Assembly: GCA_029883975.1 (NCBI GenBank)
Contig: JAOUIL010000003.1
Location: forward strand, 23,164 to 87,163
Reading direction: 5' to 3'
Source of the DNA: Betaproteobacteria bacterium
GTDB taxonomy: Bacteria > Pseudomonadota > Gammaproteobacteria > Burkholderiales > SG8-39
DNA: 64,000 bases
Of this stretch, positions 47,600-60,105 are shown in pieces; positions within the stretch are counted from its first letter, which is position 1, and each line of letters begins with the position of its first letter. The notes below the pieces were generated by a model, which saw nothing but the letters and a program-made list of their open reading frames with translations, did not search any database and was not told the DNA's origin. A program made the translations under genes and the position numbers.

Positions 47600-48609
47600 G
47601 GGCGCGGCTTGCGCCGCGCCGCGCGCAGCGCGTCGGCCAGCTCCGTGACCGACATCGCGTAGAATAGGCTGCGGTTATAGCGCGTCAGCACGTAGAAGTT
47701 CTGCAGACCCAGCCGGTAGTCGGCGGCCCGCTCCGGCGTCTGCAGGCGCAGCAGGACCGCGCGCGTGTCGGCAGGCAGCGCTCCGTTGTTCGCCTGCACG
47801 CCCGCCTCGCTCAGCTCGAGCAGCGTGTGTCGCGGCATGGGATCGAGCGAGACGAACTGCGCGTGGTCCTCGCCGTTCACGCGCACGCGCAACTGCACCG
47901 GCGCGCCGGGCTGCCAGCCATGGCGGCGCAGGAAGTTGGCCACGCTGCCGATCGCGTCTGCTGGGTTGGCGCGCAGGTCGGTGGCGCCGTCCCCGTCGAA
48001 GTCCACCGCGTAGCGCAGGTAGCTGCCCGGCATGAACTGCGGGATGCCGATCGCCCCGGCATACGAGCCGCGCACGTCGAAGACGTCGACATTCAGGTCG
48101 CGGGCGAACAGCAGGTAGTTCTCCAGCTCGCCGCGGAAGAAGGGCGCGCGCGGCGGGTAGTCGAAGGCAAGCGTGGCGAGCGCGTCGATCACGCGCCAGC
48201 GCCCGGTGTTGCGCCCGTAGAAGGTCTCGATGCCGATGATCGCGACGATGATCTCCTCGGGCACCCCGTACGTGGCCCGGGCACGCGCGAGCGTGGGCGC
48301 GTGCGCCTTCCAGAAATCGAGCCCGGCGCGCACGTGGCGCTCGTTGACGAACAGCGCGCGATAGGTCTCCCACGAGTCCGCTTGCCGCGGCTGCGCGCGC
48401 ATGGCCTCCAGCACGCCTTCCTCGCGCCGTGCCTGCGCGAAGACCCGCCGCAGCTCGTCCGCGTCGAACGCGTGGCGCTCGACCAGGTCCGCCATGAAGC
48501 GCTCCACCTCTGGCCGCACGGCAAAAGTCGGCGATGCCGGGTCGCTCGCCCGGGCCGGCGCGGCGAGCATCAGCAGCAGCAGGACGGCGACGCGGTGGAC
48601 GGGGCTCAT
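47596..48609 (-). CDS. mltB: Lytic murein transglycosylase B
   Basis: IIGIETFYG, GSYAGAIGIPQFMPGSY, AVDFDGDG, TRYNRS..YAM. Confidence 0.93.
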   Translation of the reverse strand: MSPVHRVAVLLLLMLAAPARASDPASPTFAVRPEVERFMADLVERHAFDADELRRVFAQARREEGVLEAMRAQPRQADSWETYRALFVNERHVRAGLDFWKAHAPTLARARATYGVPEEIIVAIIGIETFYGRNTGRWRVIDALATLAFDYPPRAPFFRGELENYLLFARDLNVDVFDVRGSYAGAIGIPQFMPGSYLRYAVDFDGDGATDLRANPADAIGSVANFLRRHGWQPGAPVQLRVRVNGEDHAQFVSLDPMPRHTLLELSEAGVQANNGALPADTRAVLLRLQTPERAADYRLGLQNFYVLTRYNRSLFYAMSVTELADALRAARRKPRP

Positions 48610-50570
48610 GCAATGCTCAGACTGCGCACGCGGCGCTCGAGTTCGAAGATGCGCTCGCCCGACGGCGCGCGCCCGTAGCGGGCGGCGAGATACAGCTCGG
48701 CGATCGCCTCGATGGCGGGACGGGCGGCGGGCAGGCGCTCGGCGGCGCGCCGCGCGAAGTCGCGCGGGCCTTCGTGCGGAGCGCGCACCAGGCCGCCGCG
48801 GGCGAGCTTGCGCGCAAACGCCTCCCAGGCCCGTTGCACGCGGTCCGGCCGCGCGAAGCGCCGCAGCGACCACGCCAGCAGCAGCAGCGTGAACGCGCCG
48901 AGAATCGTCGCCATGGCGGCCGTGAGCTTGCGCCAGTCGGCGTCGCGCATGCCGATGCGCAGCATCAGGTCGCGCTGGCGCTCGACGCCGTAGCCGAGCA
49001 CCCAGACGTTCCAGCGGTGCGCCAGCGCCTCCCAGTTGGCGCGCAGTCCACGCAGCCACTCGAGCTGCGGCCGCATGAGCAGCGGCAGGGAATCACCGGC
49101 GCGCACCGAGCGGGCGATTCCCGACTCGACGCGCCCGGGGACGGCGGCGGCGGTGGGGTCGACGCGCACCCAGCCGCGGCCCGCGAGGTAGACCTCCGCC
49201 CAGGCGTGCGCATCGGACTGGCGCACGGTGATGATGCGGTCGACGTAGTTCACCTCTCCGCCCTGGTATCCGGTCACGACGCGCGCCGGCACGCCGGCCG
49301 CGCGCATCAGGTAGACGAAGGCGGAGGAGAAATGCTCGCAGAAGCCCTCGCGCGTGTCGAACAGGAAATCGTCCACCGTATCCGGGCCGAGGAGCGGCGG
49401 CTCCAGCGTGTACCCGAGACCGCCGCTCACGAAGAATCCGAGGGCGCGCTGCAGGATGGTCTGCGCATCGGCGCCGCCCTCACGCCATCCGGCCGCCAGC
49501 GCGCGCGCGCGCGGGTTGCCCGCGTCCGGCAGCGCGAGGGCGCGGCGCAGGCTGCCCGGCCGCTCCGCGCGTCCCGGCTCGGGCAGGGCGAGCGACGATG
49601 CGTCGTAGCGCAGGCGCGCACGCAGCGGGGCGGGCGACACCACCATGCCGTCGTGCGTGATGCGCGCGCGCGCCGGCAGGCGCGCGACCTGCTCCAGGAC
49701 GAACATCCAGGACCGGTTGTGCGGCTCGAGCGTCACCACGTAGTCATAGGGGCCGGCGCCGCGCGGTGTGTCAAAGGAATCGATCCAGCTGGCGCCCATG
49801 CGCCAGGTGCGGCCGTCGAAGTCCCAGAGCACGGGGCCGCGCCAGTAGCGCTCGCGCGGGGAGGGCGGCTGGCCCTCGAATTCCGCGCGGAACGCGATGG
49901 CGTCGGATTGCGCCAGCTGCGAGACGGTGCCCGGGGACATGGAGTCGGACAGGCCCGTCATGGCGGCATAGGCGTCTTGCGGCAATCCCCACAGGGGGCC
50001 CTGCACCCGGGGAAAGAGCAGGAACAGGACCAGCGCGGCGGGCGCGGCGTGCACGAGCAGCATGCCCGCGGTGCGCAGGTTGGCCGCCGCCGGCCGCTGC
50101 GGCGCCGTCAAGCTGACGAGCGTCGCGGTGGTCGACAACAGCGCAACGGCCAGCAGGAGCGCGGTGGCGATGCTCTGCGTATAGAGCAGGTTGGTCATCG
50201 CCAGGAAATAGCACAGGAACGCCACCACGGCCGCGTCCCGATGCGTGCGCATCTCGATCAGCTTGAGCCCGGAAAACAGCACGAGCAGCACGATGCCGGT
50301 GGTGCGACCGTACAGTGTCCGGTACTCGACGTACACGGCGGCGATGGCGAGCACGGCGACCAGGAGCAGCATCCACCGGGGCGGCAACTTCGCGCCGGAC
50401 AGTCCCAGCTGCGCGCGCCAGGCATAAAGGCCGGCGACCGCCAGGGCCAGCCACCAGGGCATGCGCAGGGCATGCGGCGCCGCGACCAGAACGAGCGAGG
50501 CGATCAGGCCGAGCAATTCGCGCGGCGCGATCGCCCGCTGCTCCGGCAGAAGAGGATGGGCGGCGGTCAT
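48606..50570 (-). CDS. DUF3488 / transglutaminase (TgpA-like) membrane protein
   Basis: LFPRV.GPLWGLP, RYWRGPVL, GFCEHFSSAF, RVVTGYQGG, AHAWAEV, W.RVDPT. Confidence 0.9.
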   Translation of the reverse strand: MTAAHPLLPEQRAIAPRELLGLIASLVLVAAPHALRMPWWLALAVAGLYAWRAQLGLSGAKLPPRWMLLLVAVLAIAAVYVEYRTLYGRTTGIVLLVLFSGLKLIEMRTHRDAAVVAFLCYFLAMTNLLYTQSIATALLLAVALLSTTATLVSLTAPQRPAAANLRTAGMLLVHAAPAALVLFLLFPRVQGPLWGLPQDAYAAMTGLSDSMSPGTVSQLAQSDAIAFRAEFEGQPPSPRERYWRGPVLWDFDGRTWRMGASWIDSFDTPRGAGPYDYVVTLEPHNRSWMFVLEQVARLPARARITHDGMVVSPAPLRARLRYDASSLALPEPGRAERPGSLRRALALPDAGNPRARALAAGWREGGADAQTILQRALGFFVSGGLGYTLEPPLLGPDTVDDFLFDTREGFCEHFSSAFVYLMRAAGVPARVVTGYQGGEVNYVDRIITVRQSDAHAWAEVYLAGRGWVRVDPTAAAVPGRVESGIARSVRAGDSLPLLMRPQLEWLRGLRANWEALAHRWNVWVLGYGVERQRDLMLRIGMRDADWRKLTAAMATILGAFTLLLLAWSLRRFARPDRVQRAWEAFARKLARGGLVRAPHEGPRDFARRAAERLPAARPAIEAIAELYLAARYGRAPSGERIFELERRVRSLSIA

Positions 50571-51532
50571 TCGATGCCGTGCAGCGCAAGCGCCTGCAGG
50601 CAGGCGGCCTGGTGGGCCGCGCCGCGGTCCGGCCGCTTCTTCACGCCGGGCAGGCGCAGGCCGTAGCGCGCCCCCGATTGCTCGGCGGCGAGCGTCCAGC
50701 CGGCGAGCCGCGACAGCCGCGCTTCCGTGTCGAGCGCGGCGGGCAGGCGCGCTTCGTCGAGCCAGAGCTCTGCGCCCGATGCGCCCGAGAACTGCTTGGT
50801 GAGCATGTCCTCCGCGCGTGCCACCGCCTTCCAGGCAACGTGGCGGGGAGAATCCTGCAGCTGGTAGCCGCGCAGGCCGGCGAAGTCGTCGCTCCCCGTG
50901 GCATGTACGCGCTGCGCGCCCGCCTCGTCGGCAGCGGCGGGGGCGGGTAGCGGCACGCGCTCGGGGCGCGGATACACCAGGCAACGTACGTCGGGCTCGA
51001 CGTAGCTCCAGGCCCGAAACAGCCCGAGCGGGTAGCGTGTCTCCAGCACGACGCGCCCGAGCGGCAGCCAGCCCCGGCGTGGCGCCGGAACGGCCAGCAC
51101 GGCCTCGCGCACCGAGGCGGATGGCAGGTCGAGGACCCCTTGGGCGCCGCTCGCGGCGTGCCGCACGAGCACCGCGGGCCGGTCGTGGGGCGCGCGGTTG
51201 TCCAGGATCAGCCTGAACTGCGCCGCCTCGCCGGCAAAGACCGGCTCCGCGCGGCCGGCATCCACGGTGAGGCGGGCAAGGTTGCGCACCGTGTGCACCA
51301 TGCCGGCCAGTCCCATGCCGGCGAGCAGGAACGTCAGCGCGAACCCGAGCTGCAGCGCGTAGTTGATCGAGCCCACGAGCAGCAGGCCGAGCGTGGCGCC
51401 GAACATCCATCCCAGGCGCGTGGGCAGGATGTAGACGCGGCGATGCCCGAGCGTGATCGCGCCGCGCTCCGGCGCGGCATAGCCGTAGAACCAGTTGCGC
51501 AGATGCGTGCCGGCCGAAGGGGCGCGCAGCAT
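50567..51532 (-). CDS. DUF58 domain protein
   Basis: RVYILPTR.G, YPLGLFRAWS, VYPRPE, DFAGLRGYQ..DSPRHVAWKA.AR. Confidence 0.9.
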   Translation of the reverse strand: MLRAPSAGTHLRNWFYGYAAPERGAITLGHRRVYILPTRLGWMFGATLGLLLVGSINYALQLGFALTFLLAGMGLAGMVHTVRNLARLTVDAGRAEPVFAGEAAQFRLILDNRAPHDRPAVLVRHAASGAQGVLDLPSASVREAVLAVPAPRRGWLPLGRVVLETRYPLGLFRAWSYVEPDVRCLVYPRPERVPLPAPAAADEAGAQRVHATGSDDFAGLRGYQLQDSPRHVAWKAVARAEDMLTKQFSGASGAELWLDEARLPAALDTEARLSRLAGWTLAAEQSGARYGLRLPGVKKRPDRGAAHQAACLQALALHGIE

Positions 51533-51533
51533 G

Positions 51534-52142
51534 TCAGCTGGTCGCGCCCTGGTATCCCCAGCGCACTTTCCATGCGGCGAGCACCGCGCGCGGGTAGTCG
51601 GGTTTGCCGAGGCTGCCGTTGTAGCGCCCGAGGGCGCGGAAGTAGTCGCCGTTCTCCATGTCGAGATAGTGCCGCAGAATGACGCAGCCGTAGCGCAGGT
51701 TGGTGCGCAGGTGGAACAGGTTGTCGCCGCGCCGGCCGATCAGCTTCACCCAGAACGGCATGACCTGCATGTAGCCGCGCGCCCCGGCGCGCGACACCGC
51801 GTACTTGCGAAAGCGGCTCTCCACCTCGATGATGCCGAGCACCAGTTGCGGATCGAGGCCCGCGCGCAGCGCCTCGAAGTGCACCGTGCGCAGCAGCGCG
51901 ATGCGCTGCTTGCGGTCGGGAACGCGCTTCTCCAGCCTGCGCGACATCTCGAACAGCCACTTGTGGGCGTCCTCGCGGTCGCGGAACACGAGCTCGGCGA
52001 CCGCCTTGTCGGCGAGCGCCGCCGACATCCGGTGGCGCACGCTTTCCGCGAGTTCCTCGTAGACCTGCGCGCCGGCGTGCACGCCGCCCGGACAGAGCAG
52101 CACGGCGACCAGTATCGCGGCCCGCAGGTCGGCGCCCCTCAT
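51534..52142 (-). CDS. SLT-family lytic transglycosylase
   Basis: [36 protein letters not shown]; typical proS neighbour. Confidence 0.9.
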   Translation of the reverse strand: MRGADLRAAILVAVLLCPGGVHAGAQVYEELAESVRHRMSAALADKAVAELVFRDREDAHKWLFEMSRRLEKRVPDRKQRIALLRTVHFEALRAGLDPQLVLGIIEVESRFRKYAVSRAGARGYMQVMPFWVKLIGRRGDNLFHLRTNLRYGCVILRHYLDMENGDYFRALGRYNGSLGKPDYPRAVLAAWKVRWGYQGATS

Positions 52143-53845
52143 GGCGCGGCCAGGCGCTCCTTGAGCAGCGCGTCGAGCTCGGCCAGCGGCACGTGCGCCG
52201 GCTGTGCATCGCGGCGGAACTTGTATTCGGCCTCGCCCGCCGCCAGGCCGCGCTCCGACAGCACGATGCGGTGCGGCACCCCGATCAGGTCCATGTCCGC
52301 GAACAGCACGCCCGGGCGCTCCTCGCGGTCGTCGAGCAGGACGTCGGCGCCCTCCGCGCGCAGGCTCTCGTACAGCCGGTCGGCAGCCTCCCTGACCTTG
52401 CTGCTCTTGGCGTAGCCGATGGGCACGATGCACACGGAGAACGGCGCGAGCGCCGCCGGCAGCGCGATGCCCCGCTCATCATGATGCTGCTCGATCGCGG
52501 CCGCCACCACGCGCGTGACGCCGATGCCGTAGCAGCCCATCTCCAGCGTGCGCGGCGCGCCCTTGGCGTCCAGCACCGTGGCCTTGAGCGCCTCGGAGTA
52601 CTTGGTGCGCAGCTGGAAGATGTGCCCGACCTCGATGCCGCGCTGGATGCGCAGCGCGCCTTTGCCGTCGGGGCTGGGATCGCCGTCCACGACATTTCTG
52701 ATATCGGCGACCGCCGATGGTTCCGGCAGATCCCTCGACCAGTTCACGCCCGCCAGGTGAAATCCCTCCTCGTTGGCGCCGCAGACGAAGTCGCTCATGG
52801 CCGCCACGGTGCGGTCGGCGACAACGCGCAGGCCCTGCGCGCCCACCGGCCCGATGTACCCCGGGGGGCCGCCCAGCGTGCGCCGGATCTCGGCTTCGGA
52901 GGCGAAACGGAACTGGCCGATCGTCTTCTGTGCCTTGACCTCGTTCAGGTCGTGGTCGCCGCGCAGCAGCAGCAGCACGAATTCGTCGTCGTGCATCACG
53001 GCGATGGCTTTGACCATGCGCTCGAGCGGGAGCTTGAGCAGCGCGGCGACGTCCTCGCAGCGCGTCTTGCCGGGCGTCGGAACCTTGTGCAGCGCCTCGG
53101 CGCCGGGCCGGCGCGGCTCGCGCGGCGCGAGCGCCTCCGCGAGCTCGACGTTCGCCGCGTAGTCGGACGCCGGGCACCAGGCGATGGCGTCCTCGCCGGA
53201 GTCGGCGAGCACCTGGAATTCGTGCGAGCCGGTGCCGCCGATGGCGCCGGTGTCGGCCGCCACGGCGCGGAACTGCAGCCCGAGACGCGTGAAGATGCGC
53301 GTGTACGTGTCGTACATGTTGCGGTACTCGCGCTCGAGGTCGGCGTAGTCCACGTGAAAGGAGTAGCCGTCCTTCATGACGAACTCGCGCCCGCGCATCA
53401 CGCCGAAGCGCGGGCGGCGCTCGTCGCGGAACTTGGTCTGGATCTGGTAGAAGTGCAGCGGCAGCTGGCGATAGCTCTTCAGCTCGGCGCGTGCCAGGTC
53501 GGTGATCACTTCCTCGGAAGTGGGCTGGATGACGAAATCGCGCTCGTGCCGGTCCTTGAAGCGCAGCAGCTCGGGCCCGTAGGCCTGCCAGCGCCCGGAC
53601 TCCTGCCACAGCTCCGCCGGCTGCACCGCCGGCATGATGAGCTCGAGGGCGCCGGCGCGGTTCATCTCCTCGCGCACCACGCGCTCGACCTTGCGCAGCG
53701 CGCGCACCCCGAGCGGCAGCCAGGTGTAGATGCCCGCGGCCAGCCGCCGGATGTATCCGGCGCGGATCATCAGGCGGTGGCTCGCCAGCTCCGCGTCGGC
53801 GGGCGCTTCCTTGATCGTGCCGAGGTGGAATCGCGATGTGCGCAT
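52139..53845 (-). CDS. proS: Proline--tRNA ligase
   Basis: [46 protein letters not shown]. Confidence 0.97.
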   Translation of the reverse strand: MRTSRFHLGTIKEAPADAELASHRLMIRAGYIRRLAAGIYTWLPLGVRALRKVERVVREEMNRAGALELIMPAVQPAELWQESGRWQAYGPELLRFKDRHERDFVIQPTSEEVITDLARAELKSYRQLPLHFYQIQTKFRDERRPRFGVMRGREFVMKDGYSFHVDYADLEREYRNMYDTYTRIFTRLGLQFRAVAADTGAIGGTGSHEFQVLADSGEDAIAWCPASDYAANVELAEALAPREPRRPGAEALHKVPTPGKTRCEDVAALLKLPLERMVKAIAVMHDDEFVLLLLRGDHDLNEVKAQKTIGQFRFASEAEIRRTLGGPPGYIGPVGAQGLRVVADRTVAAMSDFVCGANEEGFHLAGVNWSRDLPEPSAVADIRNVVDGDPSPDGKGALRIQRGIEVGHIFQLRTKYSEALKATVLDAKGAPRTLEMGCYGIGVTRVVAAAIEQHHDERGIALPAALAPFSVCIVPIGYAKSSKVREAADRLYESLRAEGADVLLDDREERPGVLFADMDLIGVPHRIVLSERGLAAGEAEYKFRRDAQPAHVPLAELDALLKERLAAP

Positions 53846-53920
53846 GGGTGGGCGCCCGCGTTGTCTTTGCGGTGCGCCTGTGGAAAAATGCCGGAGGATT
53901 CTAACTTAGGTGGTGTCGCC

Positions 53921-54436
53921 ATGCTCGACCGGGACGGATACCGCCCGAACGTCGGCATCATCCTCGCCAACGACCGCGACGAGGTGTTCTGGGGCAAGCG
54001 CGTCAACCAGCACGCGTGGCAGTTTCCCCAGGGCGGCATCAAGCACGGCGAGACCCCGGAGCAGGCCATGTACCGCGAGCTCGAGGAAGAGGTCGGGCTC
54101 AAGGGCGATCACGTCCGCATCCTCGGGCGCACGCGCCACTGGCTGCGCTACGAGGTGCCGGACCGGTGGATGCGGCGCGACTGGCGGGGCGCGTATCGCG
54201 GCCAGAAGCAGATCTGGTACCTGCTGCGCCTGGTAGGCCGCGATTGCGACGTCAAGCTGCGCACCAGCGACAAGCCCGAGTTCGATGCCTGGCGCTGGCT
54301 CGACTACTGGGTGCCGCTGGACAGCGTGATCGAGTTCAAGCGCGAGGTGTACCGCAAGGCGCTCGCCGAGCTGCGCCGCTACCTCGGCGCCGACCGTCGC
54401 CGACGCGCGAACGGCGCGGCGTCCCGGCCGGGCTGA
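53921..54436 (+). CDS. rppH: RNA pyrophosphohydrolase
   Basis: [40 protein letters not shown] Nudix box, GQKQIW. Confidence 0.95.
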   Translation: MLDRDGYRPNVGIILANDRDEVFWGKRVNQHAWQFPQGGIKHGETPEQAMYRELEEEVGLKGDHVRILGRTRHWLRYEVPDRWMRRDWRGAYRGQKQIWYLLRLVGRDCDVKLRTSDKPEFDAWRWLDYWVPLDSVIEFKREVYRKALAELRRYLGADRRRRANGAASRPG

Positions 54437-54442
54437 GAGGAA

Positions 54443-54508
54443 ATAGCCGGGCTCAATAGGTGGAATTGAAAAGATCGATTTGATTGATGGCGCGGCCCGG
54501 CGTAACTT
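54443..54508 (+). promoter_or_regulatory. Putative OxyR site abutting a sigma70 promoter for rubrerythrin
   Basis: ATAG-N7-CAAT-N7-ATTG-N7-CGAT (13/16 to ATAG-N7-CTAT-N7-ATAG-N7-CTAT), then TTGATT-N17-TAACTT. Confidence 0.7.
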
Positions 54509-54551
54509 GGCCGTGCCAAGTTCGGCGCATCACGCAAACGGAGACCTGAGC

Positions 54552-54974
54552 ATGAAACCACTGAAGGGCACGAAGACGCACCAGCACCTCAAGGATGCAT
54601 TCGCCGGCGAATCGCAGGCCAACCGCCGCTATCTGTACTTCGCCGCGAAAGCCGACGTCGAAGGCCAGAACGACGTCTCGGCGCTGTTCCGCTCGACCGC
54701 GGAAGGTGAGACCGGGCACGCGCACGGGCATCTCGAATACCTCGAGCAGGTGGGCGATCCCGCCACCAACCTGCCGATCGGACGTACGCGCGACAACCTC
54801 AAGTCGGCAGTCGCCGGTGAGACGCACGAGTACACCGACATGTATCCGGGGATGGCCAAGGACGCGCGCAGCGAGGGCTTCACGGAGATCGCGGACTGGT
54901 TCGAGACGCTGGCCAAAGCCGAGCGCAGCCACGCCAACCGCTTCCAGAAGGCCCTGGACGCGCTGGCCGACTGA
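54552..54974 (+). CDS. Rubrerythrin (short type, no rubredoxin domain)
   Basis: [43 protein letters not shown]. Confidence 0.93.
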   Translation: MKPLKGTKTHQHLKDAFAGESQANRRYLYFAAKADVEGQNDVSALFRSTAEGETGHAHGHLEYLEQVGDPATNLPIGRTRDNLKSAVAGETHEYTDMYPGMAKDARSEGFTEIADWFETLAKAERSHANRFQKALDALAD

Positions 54975-55558
54975 TGATGGCGCGCATCGAGCGCGGCAGC
55001 CTGTTGTCGCTCGAGGCCTACGCGCGTGAACGCAATGCGTTCCGCGCGCGGGTCATCGAGCACAAGAAGCGCCGCACGGTCCACGTCGGGGACCACGTCA
55101 CGCTGATCTTCGAGGACGAGCTGACCATCCGCTACCAGATCCAGGAGATGCTGCGCATCGAGCGCATCTTCGAGGACGACGGCATTCAGGGCGAGCTGGA
55201 CGCCTACAACCCGCTGGTGCCCGATGGCAGCAACCTGAAGGCCACGATGATGATCGAGTACCCCGACGTCGCGGAGCGCCAGCGCCAGCTCGCGCTGCTC
55301 AAGGGAATTGAGGACCGCGCCTGGGTGCAGGTGCAGGGATGCGCTCGCGTGCATGCGATCGCCGACGAGGACCTGGAGCGCGAGAACGACGAGAAGACCT
55401 CGGCGGTGCATTTCCTGCGCTTCGAGCTCGCGCCGGACATGGTCGGCGCCCTGCGCGGGGGCGCCGCCCTGGCGATCGGCGTCGATCACCCCGGTTACCG
55501 GGCAAGCGTCGAGACGGCGCCGGAGGTTCGCGCCGCCCTCGCCGCGGATCTTTCCTGA
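54974..55558 (+). CDS. DUF3501 family protein
   Basis: [46 protein letters not shown]. Confidence 0.88.
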   Translation: MMARIERGSLLSLEAYARERNAFRARVIEHKKRRTVHVGDHVTLIFEDELTIRYQIQEMLRIERIFEDDGIQGELDAYNPLVPDGSNLKATMMIEYPDVAERQRQLALLKGIEDRAWVQVQGCARVHAIADEDLERENDEKTSAVHFLRFELAPDMVGALRGGAALAIGVDHPGYRASVETAPEVRAALAADLS

Positions 55559-56085
55559 GCCTGCGGGCCCTGCTGCTGGCCGTCGCGGCGCTGCTTGCCG
55601 CGGCGCGCTTTGCGCTGGTGCAGGCGCAGTCGGACTGGGAGCGCGAGCAGCAAAGGCGCAACTGGCGCGAGCGCCCGGTCGCGCTTCCCGAGTACCCGCG
55701 TGAAGAGCGGCTGGTGCCGTTCTTCGTCAGCTCGGCGAGCAACTTCAGGTTCTTCATCGACGCCCCTTCGGTGTCGACGGGTACCGACGGCGTGGTGCGC
55801 TATGCGCTGGTGGTGCGCAGCGCGACCGGCGCCGAGAGCATCACCTACGAGGGCATTCGCTGCGAGACCGGCGCGTACCGCATCTACGCCACCGGAATCG
55901 ATGGCGGCTGGAAGCCTGCGACCGGGGGCTGGCGCCGGATCGAGCCGCGCAGCGTGCAGCGCTGGCATAACGCGCTTTATCTCGAGTACTTCTGCCCGCT
56001 CGGCGAGCCGATCCGCAGCGCGCGCGAGGGCGTGAACGCGCTGCGCGCCGGCGATCACCCCAGCCGCAGCCTGACGGGTCCCTAG
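55555..56085 (+). CDS. CNP1-like family secreted protein
   Basis: Signal peptide, W.E..V.LP.YP, DGVVRY.LVV.S..GA....YEGIRC.TG..RIYA. Apparent CTG start. Confidence 0.72.
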   Translation: MSLRALLLAVAALLAAARFALVQAQSDWEREQQRRNWRERPVALPEYPREERLVPFFVSSASNFRFFIDAPSVSTGTDGVVRYALVVRSATGAESITYEGIRCETGAYRIYATGIDGGWKPATGGWRRIEPRSVQRWHNALYLEYFCPLGEPIRSAREGVNALRAGDHPSRSLTGP

Positions 56086-57209
56086 CCGGCCTGCAGCAGA
56101 ACCAGGTTGTCGCGGTGGATGAGCTCGGGCTCGTCCACGTAGCCGAGCGTCGCCTCGATCTCGCTGGACGGCTTGCGCATGATGAGGCGTGCCTCCGCCG
56201 CCGAGTAGTTCACCAGTCCGCGGGCGATCTCCTGCCCGCCGGGCGCCACGCAGGCCACCACGGCGCCGCGCTCGAACTCGCCGCTCACCGCGGTGACGCC
56301 GACCGGCAGCAGGCTCTTGCCGTCGCGTTGCAGCGCCCGCGCCGCGCCCGCGTCGAGCGTCACGCGGCCGGCGACTGTCACGTGGTCCGCGAGCCACTGC
56401 TTGCGCGCCGCGAGTGGCGTCGTTTGCGCGCGCAGCAGCGTGCCGATGCGCTCGCCGCGCGCCAAGCGCACGAGCACGTCGGGCTCGCGCCCGGCGGCGA
56501 TCACGGTATGCGCGCCGCTGCGCGCGGCGCGCCTGGCGGCAAGCACCTTGGTGATCATGCCGCCACGCGCCAGGCTCGAGCCGACGCCCCCCGCCATCGC
56601 CTCGAGACGCTCTTCTCCCGCCGCTGCCTCCTCGATCAGGCGCGCGCCGGGGACGCGGCGCGGATCGGCGTTGTAAAGGCCCGGCTGGTCGGTGAGGATC
56701 ACCAGCGCGTCCGCCTCGACCAGGTTGGTCACCAGCGCGGCGAGCGTGTCGTTGTCGCCGACCTTGATCTCGTCGGTGACCACGGTATCGTTCTCGTTGA
56801 TCACCGGGATGACGCCGAGCGCGAGCAGCGTGAGCAGCGTCGAGCGGGCATTGAGGTAGCGCTGGCGGTCGGCCATGTCGGCGTGCGTCAGCAGCACCTG
56901 CGCGGTGGCGATGCCGTGCTCGCGGAAGCAGCTCTCGTAGCATTGGACCAGCCCCATCTGGCCTACCGCCGCAGCGGCCTGCAGCTCGTGCAAGGCGCTC
57001 GGGCGCTTGCGCCAGCCCAGGCGCTGCAGGCCCTCGGCGATGGCGCCCGAGGACACCAGCACGCAGCGCCTGCCGAGCGCACGCAACTGCACGATCTGCG
57101 CCGCCCAGCGCGCGATGGCCGCGGCGTCCAGCCCGCGGCCCTCGTTGGTGACCAGCGAGCTGCCGACCTTGACGACCAGCGTCTGCGCGTGGGCGACCGG
57201 ACTGTCCAC
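56082..57209 (-). CDS. proB: Glutamate 5-kinase
   Basis: [39 protein letters not shown]; PUA domain. Confidence 0.96.
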   Translation of the reverse strand: MDSPVAHAQTLVVKVGSSLVTNEGRGLDAAAIARWAAQIVQLRALGRRCVLVSSGAIAEGLQRLGWRKRPSALHELQAAAAVGQMGLVQCYESCFREHGIATAQVLLTHADMADRQRYLNARSTLLTLLALGVIPVINENDTVVTDEIKVGDNDTLAALVTNLVEADALVILTDQPGLYNADPRRVPGARLIEEAAAGEERLEAMAGGVGSSLARGGMITKVLAARRAARSGAHTVIAAGREPDVLVRLARGERIGTLLRAQTTPLAARKQWLADHVTVAGRVTLDAGAARALQRDGKSLLPVGVTAVSGEFERGAVVACVAPGGQEIARGLVNYSAAEARLIMRKPSSEIEATLGYVDEPELIHRDNLVLLQAG

Positions 57210-57213
57210 GGCC

Positions 57214-58317
<1,104 letters not shown>

Positions 58318-58575
58318 TCAGGCCGGAATCACGCGTACGACCTTCTTGCTGGCCGCGCCCTGCACCGCGTACTGCACCGTGCCCGCGATGCGCGCATACA
58401 ACGTGTGGTCCCGGCCCATGCCGACGTTCGGCCCGGGTCGCACCACCGTGCCGCGCTGACGCACGAGGATCTGCCCCGCGTTGACCTGCTCGCCGCCGTA
58501 CACCTTGACGCCGAGCCGCTTGGACTGCGAATCGCGGCCGTTGCGCGAGCTGCCGCCTGCCTTCTTGTGTGCCAT
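58318..58575 (-). CDS. rpmA: 50S ribosomal protein L27
   Basis: [23 protein letters not shown]. Confidence 0.97.
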   Translation of the reverse strand: MAHKKAGGSSRNGRDSQSKRLGVKVYGGEQVNAGQILVRQRGTVVRPGPNVGMGRDHTLYARIAGTVQYAVQGAASKKVVRVIPA

Positions 58576-58591
58576 GGTCCGTGTGCTCCGC

Positions 58592-58909
58592 TCAGTTCCC
58601 GGCGACGATGTCGTCGATGCGCACCTCGGTGTAGCCCTGCCGGTGGCCCTGGGTCTTCTGGTAGTGCTTGCGCCGGCGCAGCTTGAAGATCCTGACCTTG
58701 TCGCCGCGGCCGTGACCGAGCACCGTCGCCTTCACCTGTGCACCCGCCACCAGGGGCGCGCCCACGCGCACGGCCTCGCCGGCGCCCACCATCAGCACCT
58801 GGTCGAAGGACACCGCCGCGCCGACCTCCGCGGCAAGGGACTCGACCCGCACCTGCTCGCCGGAGCTGACGCGGTACTGCTTGCCGCCCGTCTTGATGAT
58901 CGCGTACAT
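58592..58909 (-). CDS. rplU: 50S ribosomal protein L21
   Basis: [14 protein letters not shown]...[14 protein letters not shown]. Confidence 0.97.
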   Translation of the reverse strand: MYAIIKTGGKQYRVSSGEQVRVESLAAEVGAAVSFDQVLMVGAGEAVRVGAPLVAGAQVKATVLGHGRGDKVRIFKLRRRKHYQKTQGHRQGYTEVRIDDIVAGN

Positions 58910-58945
58910 GGAATTTTCGTCGCTGGTTCGCTGCAAAGACTTGGA

Positions 58946-58975
58946 ATTATAGGAGATTCCGGCCGTCGGCGTCAA
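58946..58975 (-). promoter_or_regulatory. Sigma70 promoter for rplU-rpmA
   Basis: Minus strand TTGACG-N18-TATAAT. Confidence 0.75.
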
Positions 58976-59014
58976 AGCCCTGTATGCTACGCTTCGCGCC
59001 CCGCCGCGTTTCCC

Positions 59015-59992
59015 ATGCCGTCTCCGACCGCCGCTGCCGTTCTCTCCGTCGTCGCCGACGACATGCAGCGCGTGGACGCCGTCATCCGCGCGCGCCTGGG
59101 CTCGGACGTCGCCCTGGTGCGCCAGGTGGCCGAGCATATCGTCACCGGGGGCGGCAAGCGCCTGCGGCCCGCCCTGCTGCTGCTCGCCGCCGGCGCCACC
59201 GGGTTCCGCGGCGACGCCCGCCTGGAGCTGGCCGCAGTGGTCGAGTTCATCCATACGGCCACGCTGCTGCACGACGACGTCGTCGACGAGTCGCAGTTGC
59301 GGCGCGGGCAGCGGACCGCGAACGCGGCGTTCGGCAACTCCGCCGCGGTCCTGGTGGGGGATTTCCTGTATTCGCGCGCCTTCCAGATGATGGTCGGCCT
59401 CGACAACCCGCGCGTCATGCGCGTGCTGGCGGACGCCACCAACACGATCGCCGAAGGCGAGGTGCTGCAGCTGATGAACTGCCACGACCCCGACGTCGAC
59501 GAGGCGCGCTACCTGGACGTCGTCCGGCGCAAGACGGCGAAGCTGTTCGAGGCCGCGGCGCGCCTGGGCGCGGTGCTCGGCGGCGCCGGGCCGGCCCTGG
59601 AGCAGGGCATGGCCGACTACGGCATGCACCTCGGGACCGCGTTCCAGGTCATCGACGACGTGCTCGACTACTCCGGCGCGGCGCAGGATACCGGCAAGAG
59701 CCTGGGCGACGACCTGGCGGAAGGCAAGCCGACCTTGCCGCTGATCCGCGCCATGCAGGCCGGCAGCGCGCAGCAGCGCGCCGTGGTGCGGCGCGCGATC
59801 CTCGAGGGCGGGCGCGAGGACTTCGCGCAGGTGCTCGCGGTCATCGAGGCGAGCGATGCGCTCGCCTACGCGCGCGCCGCCGCCACGCGCGAATCGCAGG
59901 CGGCGGTGCGGGCGATCGCCGCGCTGCCGGCGTCGACGTATCGGGATTCTTTGCTAGAATTGGCGGCCTTTTCCGTGAGCCGCCGCGGCTAG
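59015..59992 (+). CDS. ispB: Octaprenyl diphosphate synthase
   Basis: [40 protein letters not shown]; divergent from rplU. Confidence 0.93.
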   Translation: MPSPTAAAVLSVVADDMQRVDAVIRARLGSDVALVRQVAEHIVTGGGKRLRPALLLLAAGATGFRGDARLELAAVVEFIHTATLLHDDVVDESQLRRGQRTANAAFGNSAAVLVGDFLYSRAFQMMVGLDNPRVMRVLADATNTIAEGEVLQLMNCHDPDVDEARYLDVVRRKTAKLFEAAARLGAVLGGAGPALEQGMADYGMHLGTAFQVIDDVLDYSGAAQDTGKSLGDDLAEGKPTLPLIRAMQAGSAQQRAVVRRAILEGGREDFAQVLAVIEASDALAYARAAATRESQAAVRAIAALPASTYRDSLLELAAFSVSRRG

Positions 59993-60004
59993 TCCCCGGC
60001 GAAT

Positions 60005-60081
60005 CGGGGTGTAGCTCAGCCTGGTAGAGTACTGCGTTCGGGACGCAGGTGTCGCTGGTTCGAATCCAGTCACCCCGACCA
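60005..60081 (+). tRNA. tRNA-Pro (CGG)
   Basis: Anticodon arm CTGCG-TTCGGGA-CGCAG, TTCGAAT, CCA. Confidence 0.96.
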
Positions 60082-60105
60082 TCCCCACTTTCCTAGAATA
60101 GGGCC

